Of a stretch of 64,000 bases of DNA, positions 37,499 to 46,605 are shown in pieces. The DNA lies in IMG/VR virus record IMGVR_UViG_2740892442_000004, one strand, 5' to 3'. Source of the stretch: a virus. Taxonomy: Duplodnaviria; Heunggongvirae; Uroviricota; Caudoviricetes. Position numbers and translations under genes: made by a program. Numbering within the stretch: the stretch's first letter is position 1; each line of letters starts with the position of its first letter. The notes beneath the pieces are model-generated. The model was not told where the DNA came from. It ran no database searches and worked only from the letters and a program-made list of their open reading frames with translations.

Positions 37499-38442
37499 GT
37501 GAATTATCTCTTCGTAGATGGCAATAGCTGGGTTATTACCATCAACAATCTGACAAATTGCACAACGGCGAAATGGAAGTACAGGCTGCTTTCGGCTTTG
37601 TTAAGAACGTCCGTCGTTATGCCTCCATCCTCCATGCCCGACCTATGATTCTTTGGGATGGATTTAGTGACAAGCGTCGCGACTTTTACCCGGACTACAA
37701 AGCAAATCGCGACGACGATCCTGATATGAAAAAGATGAAGGAAGGCTTTGCTATCCAGAAGCCATACATCCTCAAAATGATGACCGCGCTTGGAGTTACC
37801 CAACTCATTGCAAAAGATGCAGAAGCGGATGATCTGGCCGGGCTGCTGGTATCCCGCATGGCACCGCAGCCAACCGTTGAACACATCTATCTGTTAACAG
37901 GCGATAGCGACTGGCTTCAGTTAGTTCGTGAAAACGTAAGCTGGGTAAGCCTGCGTGAAGACGCCAAAAACAAGCAGGTTAATTTTGAGCAATTTGCGGA
38001 GCTGACAGGATTCGCCACGCCTCGCGCATTTTTGGAAGCAAAAGCATTACAAGGAGATAACTCGGACAACATTAGCGGTGTTGGTGGCATTGGTGCTGGC
38101 GGTGCGAAAGAGCTGCTGCATGAATGGGGAAGTGTCGCAACGATGGTACGCGGCATCAACGACGGCTCAATCGTGGTTAATAAAGGGCGTCATAAGACCG
38201 CCTTCAACAAACTAGCGAAGAATGCCTTCAACGAGAAAACAGGCTGTCGAATGCTCGAAGCGTTCAAGAGAAACATCACGCTAATGAACCTGATTGAGAC
38301 GAAGTTTCCGCCTACCGAAATCGAAACAATCAAAGGCAATCGTGACGTGAAAGCATTCGAGCAACTGTGCTACGAGCTGAATTTCCGTTCGTTCCTTGAA
38401 GACCTTGAAGTGTTTGTTCTTCCATTCGAAAGGTATTGCTAA
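37499..38442 (+). CDS. 5'-3' exonuclease / flap endonuclease; frame interrupted near 37528
   Basis: N-terminus VNYLFVDGNS (metal-binding Asp) is in one frame; the rest (YYHQQ...FYPDYKANRDD...LLTGDSDWLQLV...GVGGIGAGGAKELL) is in the -1 frame; GGAAGG ribosome-binding site before GTG 37499. Confidence 0.7.
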
Positions 38443-38708
38443 TGCTTAAATCGATTATCAATGGCGCTACAACCACCCCTGCCCAACTGGCAAAAGAGAT
38501 TGTCTTTTATCACGGTGAGTACGCTGTCATCGCACTGCCGTCAATTCTAGGCGCTGCCGGAATGAAAGCGACAGATCGCGAGTTTGGATTAGTCAGCGAG
38601 CAGGTCGTAAAAATCCTCGCTCGTGTATCCAGACTCCTTAACCACGATGCGATTGTATTCGATGAATCCGCCGCTTTAAAACGAATCAACGAAACAAAAG
38701 GAGCCTGA
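38436..38708 (+). CDS. Hypothetical protein
   Basis: 90-aa ORF between FEN and recombinase genes. Confidence 0.4.
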   Translation: MLMLKSIINGATTTPAQLAKEIVFYHGEYAVIALPSILGAAGMKATDREFGLVSEQVVKILARVSRLLNHDAIVFDESAALKRINETKGA

Positions 38709-38710
38709 TC

Positions 38711-39784
38711 ATGGCAAAAGGAAAATCCGCACTGGCACTTGCTCTGAAAAAGAAAATCGGTAGCAACGACGAAATTCAGAAAGTAACTCATTGGATTGAT
38801 ACAGGCTTTCCACCGTTAAACAAAGCTATTTCTGGTCGTTACGATGGCGGCTTCCCATGTGGTCGTATCGTCGAAGTATTCGGTCCTCCAAGTGCAGGGA
38901 AAACGTTCCTTGCAACAGCAGCGATGATCTCCGCTCAAAAACAAGATGGTCTGGCGGTATTCCTCGATCATGAAAACAGTTTTGACGTTGGCCTGGCTGT
39001 CGCCAATGGCCTGAACGCAGATGAGGATGACGGTCAGTGGGTATACAAGCAGCCAGATACCTTCGAAGACTCTGTAGAGTTGATCGGCACAATACTTAAA
39101 TTGGTTCGTGATGAAGAGCTTATCCCCGAATCAGCACCAATCTGTATCGTGGCTGACTCTCTTGCGTCTATGGTTCCGAACTCCAAAGCCGAGAAGTTCG
39201 AAAAGATGGCTGAAGGCACTGCCAAAGACAAAGATCAGCTAAACATGAACGACAATACGGCACTGGCTCGTGCGACGAGTGCGAACTTCCCTACTCTGGC
39301 TTTGTGGGCACGCAAATACAACGCCTGCATCATCTTCTTGAATCAGGTTCGCACAAAAATCGGTGTAATGTTTGGCGACCCTACTACGTCGCCAGGTGGA
39401 GATTCACCGAAGTTCTACGCTTCTGTACGTATCCGTCTTGGTGCATCGGTGATGAAGGATGGTAAAGAGAAGATCGGCCAGGACGTAGGCGCAGAATGCA
39501 TCAAAAACAAAGTTGCACCACCGTATGGCAAATGCACCTGGAAATTCTACTTCGATCCTACTCGTGGCCTCGACGTTATCGAATCGCTCGTCGAGTACAT
39601 GCTGGAAGAAGGATACCTGCCAAAGAACGCCAGCGGGCGAGTTGAAATTGGTGACAAGAAATACACCAAATCGCAGATCGTCGAGATGTATCGGGAGAAG
39701 CCACTGGCTGAAATCATTGCGGCTTTGCAGGCAATCGACGACCGAAGAGCAAAAGACAACCCCACCGAGTCAGTAGAAGAGTAA
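38711..39784 (+). CDS. RecA/UvsX-family recombinase
   Basis: Walker A GPPSAGKTFLA in a RecA-like core; 357 aa. Confidence 0.8.
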   Translation: MAKGKSALALALKKKIGSNDEIQKVTHWIDTGFPPLNKAISGRYDGGFPCGRIVEVFGPPSAGKTFLATAAMISAQKQDGLAVFLDHENSFDVGLAVANGLNADEDDGQWVYKQPDTFEDSVELIGTILKLVRDEELIPESAPICIVADSLASMVPNSKAEKFEKMAEGTAKDKDQLNMNDNTALARATSANFPTLALWARKYNACIIFLNQVRTKIGVMFGDPTTSPGGDSPKFYASVRIRLGASVMKDGKEKIGQDVGAECIKNKVAPPYGKCTWKFYFDPTRGLDVIESLVEYMLEEGYLPKNASGRVEIGDKKYTKSQIVEMYREKPLAEIIAALQAIDDRRAKDNPTESVEE

Positions 39785-39788
39785 ACAC

Positions 39789-39815
39789 AAGGCGTCCTGT
39801 GGACGCCTTTTTTAT
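39789..39815 (+). terminator. Rho-independent terminator
   Basis: AAGGCGTCC-tgtg-GACGCCTT followed by TTTTTAT. Confidence 0.7.
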
Positions 39816-39876
39816 CTCTTGAAAATATATAAGCACTTACTTATTATTTTCGCATAACAACCACATAGGAAAACAC

Positions 39877-40077
39877 ATGATCAAAATCTATCTATTGGCA
39901 GTAGCCACAGGCCTTTCAGTGGCTCTCATCTACGGTTTACTGGTTCCGTCGCTGATTTCTACCAAGAGTGATTTAGCCGTCATGTTTGGAGTTATCGTTG
40001 GTTTTGGTGCTCCTGTAATCGGTCTTATTGCTGGTCGTAAGTTTATCAACTCATTAATCAAAGCAAAGGGGAAATAA
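39877..40077 (+). CDS. Small two-helix membrane protein
   Basis: 66 aa, two hydrophobic segments. Confidence 0.4.
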   Translation: MIKIYLLAVATGLSVALIYGLLVPSLISTKSDLAVMFGVIVGFGAPVIGLIAGRKFINSLIKAKGK

Positions 40078-40080
40078 GTA

Positions 40081-40910
40081 ATGAAGAAAGGTTTACTTGC
40101 AGTTGCTCTGGCGGCTATTTGCACAATGGGTCTTACTGGCTGTGATCGCGTGGAGCTGGATACGTTGGCATCAAAGTAAACAAATTAGGTGAAGACAAAG
40201 GGATTGGTGAAGTGGTTGGCGTTGGTCGCCAATGGACAGGTCTTAACACCGAACTTTACGTATTCCCGACCTTCAAACAAATGAAGACCTACGACGAGCC
40301 GTTCACATTCCAGATGAGTGACGGTACTGCTATTGGTCACAAAATTGGCGTTGCGTATCTGGTTAATCGTGACAAGGTAACGACGGTGTTCCAGACCTAT
40401 CGCAAAGGCGTAGACGATATCACCGAATCAGATCTGCGTCAGAAAATTGCCGACTCTCTAAACCGTTTGGCCAGCCGTATGACCACTGACTCATTTATCG
40501 ACGGTGGTAAGGCACAATTGCTGGACAACGCACTGAAAGATATTCAGAAAGAGATGTCTCCGGTTGGTATTGAGGTACTGAGCCTGTCATGGGTTGGAAA
40601 GCCTGATTACCCAAAAACTGTCATTGAATCTATTAACGCCAAAGTAACGGCTAACCAGCGTACTCTGCAACGTCAGCAGGAAGTTGAACAACGTAAAGCT
40701 GAGGCGAATATGCTACGTGAACAGGCTAATGGTGAAGCTGATGCTATCCGTGCTCGTGCGCAAGCAGAAGCAGACGCCATTCGTCTGCGCGGTGAAGCTC
40801 TGCGTCAAAACCCGAACGTTATGGAACTGGAAGCCATCAATAAATGGAATGGCCAGTTACCGCAGTACATGACTCAAGGGGCTAACACTCCTTTCATTAC
40901 AGTGAAATAA
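40081..40910 (+). CDS. SPFH (band-7/prohibitin-like) domain lipoprotein; frame interrupted near 40165
   Basis: Lipoprotein signal MKKGLLAVALAAICTMGLTG/C in one frame (stop 40179); SPFH body ...GIKVNKLGEDKGIGEVV...coiled-coil QRQQEVEQRKAEANMLREQ... continues in the -1 frame from about 40146. Confidence 0.6.
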
Positions 40911-40926
40911 CTCCCCTAAAAAGTTC

Positions 40927-40952
40927 AGGCGTCCAGTTGGACGCCTTTTTTA
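40927..40952 (+). terminator. Rho-independent terminator
   Basis: AGGCGTCC-agtt-GGACGCCT followed by TTTTTTAT. Confidence 0.7.
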
Positions 40953-41001
40953 TCGCAATTATCTTATTAAGAAAACAATTTGTTTAAAAGGATAAGAAAA
41001 C

Positions 41002-41427
41002 ATGACAGCTATTAAGAAACTCTACGATGCCGCAAACGTGGCTCTGGATGTTATTGATGATGAAGCAGCAAAAGGCTTTCCTGAACCTGATTGGGCGCAT
41101 CAGCTACGAAACGCTATCGCCGAAATGAATCCACCAGATCCGACCACCGACGAGACAGACTGGCAGCGATTTATCCGTATGTACGCTCAGGAAATAGGTC
41201 CAACGCCAACGGCAGAGCAAGCAATGCTGCTGAAATACTTCAAAGAGGCGGGAGAGGATTTACCAATTGATGACTCAGCATATTGGTTCCACTGCGCATG
41301 GCGTAAGTATGACGTGATATTCACACAAGGCATGGGGAGCAAAGATATGGTTGTGTGGCATCTACTCCATATAGACACAGCCGTTGACAGAGTTATTGAA
41401 CAGTTTTTCCCTAAACAAGAAGATTGA
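41002..41427 (+). CDS. Hypothetical protein
   Basis: 141 aa; preceded by the AAACAATTTGTTT dyad and conserved initiation context. Confidence 0.45.
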   Translation: MTAIKKLYDAANVALDVIDDEAAKGFPEPDWAHQLRNAIAEMNPPDPTTDETDWQRFIRMYAQEIGPTPTAEQAMLLKYFKEAGEDLPIDDSAYWFHCAWRKYDVIFTQGMGSKDMVVWHLLHIDTAVDRVIEQFFPKQED

Positions 41428-41482
41428 TCGCCTATTCATAACTAACAAAATAAGTAAACACTAACCACAAAAGGAAAAACAC

Positions 41483-41758
41483 ATGAGAGTTTTAGTTCGA
41501 ATCGTTACCAGCACTGTCTATGACGTGTTTCCGCTTTTTATGGTCAAAGCCGATGGCCTTAACGACGAAGAAACTGACGCGCTGATCCAGCGTATTCTCG
41601 TTGAATATACAGGTCATGACGCTGATTCAGTGATGGTTGATGATGATGGTGTTTGTTGGCATAACGGCAACTGTTGGTACGTAGAAGAGACTCAACAAAT
41701 CAGTGATGAAGATGCCGCACATCTTGAGCGTATTTTAAGCATCAGCACTTTTGAGTGA
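41483..41758 (+). CDS. Hypothetical protein
   Basis: 91-aa acidic ORF with AAAGGAAAAACACATG context. Confidence 0.45.
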   Translation: MRVLVRIVTSTVYDVFPLFMVKADGLNDEETDALIQRILVEYTGHDADSVMVDDDGVCWHNGNCWYVEETQQISDEDAAHLERILSISTFE

Positions 41759-41973
41759 GTTTACAGTAAAATTTATATAAGTTAGTATCTACCTATCATG
41801 AAGATTTTTATTGAATACTTGTTACTCATCGTTTCAATAGCTTTTGTCATCGACTGCATTTTCACCGGTGTCATTCGTAAAGTCTTTTCCCCGGTGAACG
41901 ACGTAGTCATAAACGCTTTGGCTATCGTGCTCGTATTTAATTCAGCATTTGATGTAATCAAAGAGGTGGCAGC

Positions 41974-42309
41974 ATGAAGGCCATCCCATTCGCGCTGTTG
42001 TTCCTTTCTTCGATCGTTGTGGCCGACACCACTGTTTATCAGTGTGAAATGTCTGTAGCCGACGTTAAGAATGGCGCTCTTACCGACGTCATAAAAGCAC
42101 CATATGGAGCGATGGTCGTAGACAGCGGCGACCAGTTCTATGTTGTGCGTGACGATCGAGTGTTGTCATCCCCATATCTCACAAATCGTAATGGCAAATT
42201 AACCGGCGTCGGAGAAGACCACTTCGTATACAACAAATACAAGGGCTTCTATGGTGTTCACGCTTCTCAGCAAAGCTACCTTTTCGATGACTGCAAGGAG
42301 GTTGGATAA
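41974..42309 (+). CDS. Hypothetical secreted protein
   Basis: Signal-peptide-like N-terminus MKAIPFALLFLSSIVVA. Confidence 0.45.
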   Translation: MKAIPFALLFLSSIVVADTTVYQCEMSVADVKNGALTDVIKAPYGAMVVDSGDQFYVVRDDRVLSSPYLTNRNGKLTGVGEDHFVYNKYKGFYGVHASQQSYLFDDCKEVG

Positions 42310-42506
42310 TGGCATTAACACTGGCAGGTCTGGAAATCGAGAAAACAAGCGGCTACTGGCGTGCTAAGGGTTTCAAGCAGCCTGGCATTCTTGAGCGTCT
42401 GGAACGTGAAGATGGGTATATCGTCCACCAGCGGCGTGAATGGCGTATGTACGATCCAGAAACAGGAAAACTGACTACAAAAGCCGGAACACTTTGGGTC
42501 TGTTAA
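42309..42506 (+). CDS. Hypothetical small protein
   Basis: 65-aa ORF translationally coupled to the upstream gene. Confidence 0.35.
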   Translation: MALTLAGLEIEKTSGYWRAKGFKQPGILERLEREDGYIVHQRREWRMYDPETGKLTTKAGTLWVC

Positions 42507-42566
42507 AGAAAATACACTAAATGCAAACTGACTGCGGCACGTTCCGCAGTCATATTTCATAGTCGT

Positions 42567-42976
42567 CACCGCTGACAGCATACACAATCAACTACCGCTG
42601 ATAGCATATCGAGAGTCTATCTCACCGCTCACAGCATACTTTACTCGATTTTTTACCGCTGACAGCATACTTAAGACATTGCATGAATAATGTGTACCGG
42701 TATGGGTATAACCAGAACAAAATTACCGCTGGCAGCATACGAAGGTCTGACATATACCATTAATTACCGCTGATAGCATATCCAAACTGGAATGCACTCT
42801 TCGAGGTTAGTAACCACTGGGGAGGTATGACAGAGCATTGAGTGGTGATAGATGATTTACCGCCCACAGCATACGTTCATCTCACTATACCGCTGGTAGC
42901 ATATATTTAACCGTTTACAGCATACTTTTCAGAAAAATAGCCGCTGATAGCATACATTTCACCGCTGACAGCATAT
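42567..42976. repeat. Iteron array, 11 copies of a 17-bp repeat, downstream of repA (incA-like)
   Basis: (T/C)ACCGCTGACAGCATAC and variants at 42567, 42593, 42623, 42654, 42724, 42765, 42858, 42888, 42909, 42939, 42960, with irregular spacing. Confidence 0.85.
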
Positions 42977-44070
42977 CAAAGCAGTTTGAGACTATTGGAA
43001 AGGATCTCAATCATCTTGATATTTTCAGGCGTCAAATTCTGCGAAAGTTCGGTTATCTTGTTGATAATGTTCTGTTTGGCATCAATTTCCCCAGCTTTCT
43101 CATCTAGTTTTTTGGGTTCGATGTCTTCAGGTTTTGGCGGTGCGACTTTGAGTTTTGGATTGCGGCTGTGAATCTGGATATAGATCGACCGCCCTCGCTT
43201 AATCTCGCTGTATTCGAGATAACCCAAATCTTGGAGAGCTTTTAAGCCGTTGCGTATAGTCTGATTCTGCGAGCTGACATTCCTGCTACTCAAATTGAGT
43301 CGCGCACGCAATCGAGCAAGCGATACCGGCGCAGGCTTGGTTGGAAGACTTTCGATGAAGGTGTACAGAGCCTGTGCTGTTTCTTTGCGTGGTAGCTTAT
43401 TGATAACCTTTAACTGCAAAAGAACCTTATGGTCAAAGCGATATAGTTCGGCCAGCTTCGGTTCTGCATAGAACACCACCGTATCTTTCTGCTCGTTGTA
43501 GTCCACGCTATTGATGAGGTGCACCATCAGAAGCGAGATCTTGTTAGAGCCGTCGACGTTCTTTTCTTCATACGTTCTCTGGAAAGACAGAGTTGTACGC
43601 ATGATCTTCAAAAGACTGTTTGTAAGCCGGTCGCGGAGTGTTTTGCGGATCTGTGACGATGGATAGCCACAAAACTTCGCAAATTTCGTGATGCTTAACT
43701 CGACACGACCGTTAGGTTCGCCGTATTCTGCCAGCGAACGCACAACGCCCACCCACGTTTTGAAATCATGATCCATGTCGAGACGAGGACCGGTTATCTT
43801 GATATCGGAATAGCCTTCAGAACGGGCTACTTCGAGCTGAACAAGCTCCTTTGAAGCATCGATCTCATTTGGCTTGTTACGCTTGCTGTATTTTGTCCCC
43901 TTGAGCGTGGGCACGAACAATCCCAGCCGCATCAACGCAATTGGTTGGACTGTATTGTTGCTATTAGGGACAAGTTCCCCTGTGTACAATTCAAGGGAAC
44001 CTTCTTCAAAGTTGTCGAGATTATCTTCTACTTCTTTGTTATTTTTACCTTTTTTATTTTTTGTGGACAT
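42976..44070 (-). CDS. repA: Plasmid replication initiator RepA (iteron-binding)
   Basis: Gene bracketed by iteron arrays on both sides; start set at ATG 44070 (MSTKNKKGK...) so the upstream iterons fall in the promoter region; basic N-terminus. Confidence 0.7.
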   Translation of the reverse strand: MSTKNKKGKNNKEVEDNLDNFEEGSLELYTGELVPNSNNTVQPIALMRLGLFVPTLKGTKYSKRNKPNEIDASKELVQLEVARSEGYSDIKITGPRLDMDHDFKTWVGVVRSLAEYGEPNGRVELSITKFAKFCGYPSSQIRKTLRDRLTNSLLKIMRTTLSFQRTYEEKNVDGSNKISLLMVHLINSVDYNEQKDTVVFYAEPKLAELYRFDHKVLLQLKVINKLPRKETAQALYTFIESLPTKPAPVSLARLRARLNLSSRNVSSQNQTIRNGLKALQDLGYLEYSEIKRGRSIYIQIHSRNPKLKVAPPKPEDIEPKKLDEKAGEIDAKQNIINKITELSQNLTPENIKMIEILSNSLKLL

Positions 44071-44089
44071 GTGGACACCTTTGTCATTC

Positions 44090-44192
44090 AACCGCTGACA
44101 GCATACTTGATTTGCCGCTGACAGAATACCAAAAACAGTTGGCAGCATACGGTGAACCGCTGACAGACTATCAATTACCGCTGACAGCATAC
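44090..44192. repeat. Iteron array upstream of repA (incC/origin-like), 4 full and 1 partial copy
   Basis: AACCGCTGACAGCATAC (44090), TGCCGCTGACAGAATAC (44113), partial GGCAGCATAC (44141), AACCGCTGACAGACTAT (44155), TACCGCTGACAGCATAC (44176). Confidence 0.8.
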
Positions 44193-44233
44193 ATGAACAT
44201 GGCTTCAGACCAGTCGTGGCGCGGCTTACAGCG

Positions 44234-44306
44234 ATCGGGGATCTTATTTGATCTATACAAGGATCTATCTATGGATCTCTTTATTAGGATCTATCCTGTG
44301 GATATG
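44234..44306. promoter_or_regulatory. Origin-like region: six GATC sites in about 60 bp plus DnaA-box-like TGTGGATAT
   Basis: GATC at 44234, 44241, 44251, 44263, 44275, 44289 inside GGATCTA-type heptamers; DnaA-box-like sequence at 44298-44306; adjacent to the upstream iterons. Confidence 0.6.
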
Positions 44307-44391
44307 TGAATAATTAAAACAGGCATTTACTACCTTCGGCGCACCTGGTGGGTTATCGTTGCCTCGGCTAACAATCACAGAAAAATGACAT

Positions 44392-45036
44392 ATGGATCTA
44401 AAACGCACGCGCTGGGTTCGTCGTCTTGAAGACGGCTCCTACACTATCGAATCAAATTCCAACCTGAATAAGCAGAAGTTGCTTTGTGACATCTGCGGTA
44501 TAGCGGCGAAGTGCCCGATCTACGAAACCAGAATTAAACTTGATAAGGCTGGTGTGAATTTTCATTTAAACAGTTGCATCAGGTACGTTCCATTACTCGC
44601 ATTTCGTAAACCGATCATCGGATTGGATGCTCCCTACTTCAACACACTCCGTTCAGGTGTGACGTGGCGAGATCGTTTATCACCAGACAAGCTGATTTGC
44701 CTCGTATCCGCAGACACAGGGAAAATCATCCGTTTTGGGAAAGTAGACAAGGTTTACTCAGGCCCAGTAGACGAAATGTTGCGGAAACACAGCCGGTTTA
44801 ATCATCTCTGTATGGGTGGTGAGAAAATCGAGAAGGTAGAAGAAGTGATCCGCAAATCCTACGGACACTTTCTGACCAAAGATAGCCTGCTCACCGCAAT
44901 CTACATCAGACATGTAAAACGTGAGTTCGACCTCGAATACCACAGCGAAGAAGAGCTTAACCTTGTTGACCCACGTCCAAAAGCTGGCGTCATAAGCATA
45001 AACGCAGCGCGTAAAAAGCCCACTGACGCGCTGTAA
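44392..45036 (+). CDS. Hypothetical protein
   Basis: 214-aa ORF next to the origin region. Confidence 0.45.
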   Translation: MDLKRTRWVRRLEDGSYTIESNSNLNKQKLLCDICGIAAKCPIYETRIKLDKAGVNFHLNSCIRYVPLLAFRKPIIGLDAPYFNTLRSGVTWRDRLSPDKLICLVSADTGKIIRFGKVDKVYSGPVDEMLRKHSRFNHLCMGGEKIEKVEEVIRKSYGHFLTKDSLLTAIYIRHVKREFDLEYHSEEELNLVDPRPKAGVISINAARKKPTDAL

Positions 45037-45290
45037 CCCTCCAGATCGTATATTGGCGTAGATAGAATCTACGCCCCCTCAAAATAGCTCTCATAGCGTT
45101 CTACAGTGATCCTGTCTTATTTTTAGTCATACAGACAAGCAAAGTTGCGCCACGATAAATAGGTATATACTTACTTATAAATTTTGTATATTAAGGCGCT
45201 CGTTTCATTCCTAACATACCGTTATGCATAGTTGTTTACCTCCTCATTGCTCTTAGAATTTGTATCAAAATAACCACAAAGGAAAAATAC

Positions 45291-46376
45291 ATGACTTTGC
45301 CATACGGCGTCATTTCTGACTGCCACTACCACAAATGGGATGCGTTCTCCACGACGAACGCTGAGGGGCTTAACTCCAGACTTGAAATACAGTTGGAAGC
45401 AACGAAAGAAGCAGCCATCGCCATGAAGAAGGCCGGTTGTAAGTACATGTTGGTTGCCGGTGATACATTTCACGTCCGAGGAACTGTGTCCCCTTCTGTT
45501 TTGCATTACGTAACTGAAACGTACAAGTGGATTATCAACGAGCTTGATCTGACAGTAGTAATGCTGGCCGGTAATCACGATCTTGAAACCAACGATTCAG
45601 TATATAGCGCCAACGCAGCAGCATCGCTGAGTTCTATCGGCGTGGTAATCGTATGTGGCAAGCGCCCACACTCAATAAAAATTGGTGATGTGACTGTCCA
45701 CCTGATTAGCTGGCGTAACAATCATGCGGAGCTTATCAGCGATCTGAAAGCATTACGTAAGAGCGTAGAAGGTGATAATCATGACGTTGTTATCCATACA
45801 TCCATTAACAAAGCCATTCCAACAATGCCTGACGTCGGTATCGATGCGCAGGAGTTAAAGGATATCGGCTTTCGTCTCGTGCTTAGTGGGCATTACCACA
45901 ACCACAAAGAGGTCATTCCTGGAGTTATCAGTGTCGGTGCACTGACTCATCAAAATTGGGGAGATGTTGGATCTCTGGCTGGCTACATGATCGTAAACCC
46001 GGACGGCAGTTTCAGTCACTACGAAACCAGTGCGCCTAAATTCATTAACCTGGAAGATGATGTTGCTGATGACCAAATTCGCGGCAACTACGTGCGTTTC
46101 CGCGCCGTAATTGAGAACGATGAAGAAGGCATTAAGTACCAGAACATCCTCAAAACAATGGGTGCAAAAGGTGTCGTGTGCAACTTCATCCGTAAGTCAT
46201 CAATGATGGAAGGGACAGCCAGCACAACTGAAACCAGCAAAATCGATAGCCTGGGAGAGTCGGTATCTGCTTATTGCAAGATTGTCCACGATACTGACGG
46301 CGGATTTGATCTGAGCAAATTGGATATTTTGTGTCAGGAAATCCTCACCGAAGCGGAGAGTTCGGAGGCTGTGTGA
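45291..46376 (+). CDS. SbcD/Mre11-like nuclease (calcineurin-like phosphoesterase)
   Basis: Phosphoesterase motifs DCHYH, GDTFH, GNHD; immediately upstream of a Rad50/SbcC-like ATPase gene. Confidence 0.8.
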   Translation: MTLPYGVISDCHYHKWDAFSTTNAEGLNSRLEIQLEATKEAAIAMKKAGCKYMLVAGDTFHVRGTVSPSVLHYVTETYKWIINELDLTVVMLAGNHDLETNDSVYSANAAASLSSIGVVIVCGKRPHSIKIGDVTVHLISWRNNHAELISDLKALRKSVEGDNHDVVIHTSINKAIPTMPDVGIDAQELKDIGFRLVLSGHYHNHKEVIPGVISVGALTHQNWGDVGSLAGYMIVNPDGSFSHYETSAPKFINLEDDVADDQIRGNYVRFRAVIENDEEGIKYQNILKTMGAKGVVCNFIRKSSMMEGTASTTETSKIDSLGESVSAYCKIVHDTDGGFDLSKLDILCQEILTEAESSEAV

Positions 46377-46605
46377 AGCAAAGTCGTTATGGGAGCTTTC
46401 GAGACTTTGCCATCACGATGAAAAGACTTGAACGAGGCCAGACGGTGATGTTTCACAAGCCCTACCCGCCACAAGGAAATCCCGTAGCGTTTTATCTTGG
46501 AAGGTTAACAAGAAAAGGCGTATTGAGGCGCAGATCCTTCCCGGCGCATACGGAGTTCAGATTGAAAGAAGGCCAAAAGCTAACACACGGTATCAGAGGT
46601 GTTAT

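Noticed and set aside
42567-42976. Possible CRISPR array (repeated 17-bp units with spacers)
   Set aside because: Repeats are 17 bp with variable 4-50 bp spacing, variants differ at several positions, they flank repA on both sides and no cas genes are present; this is an iteron array.
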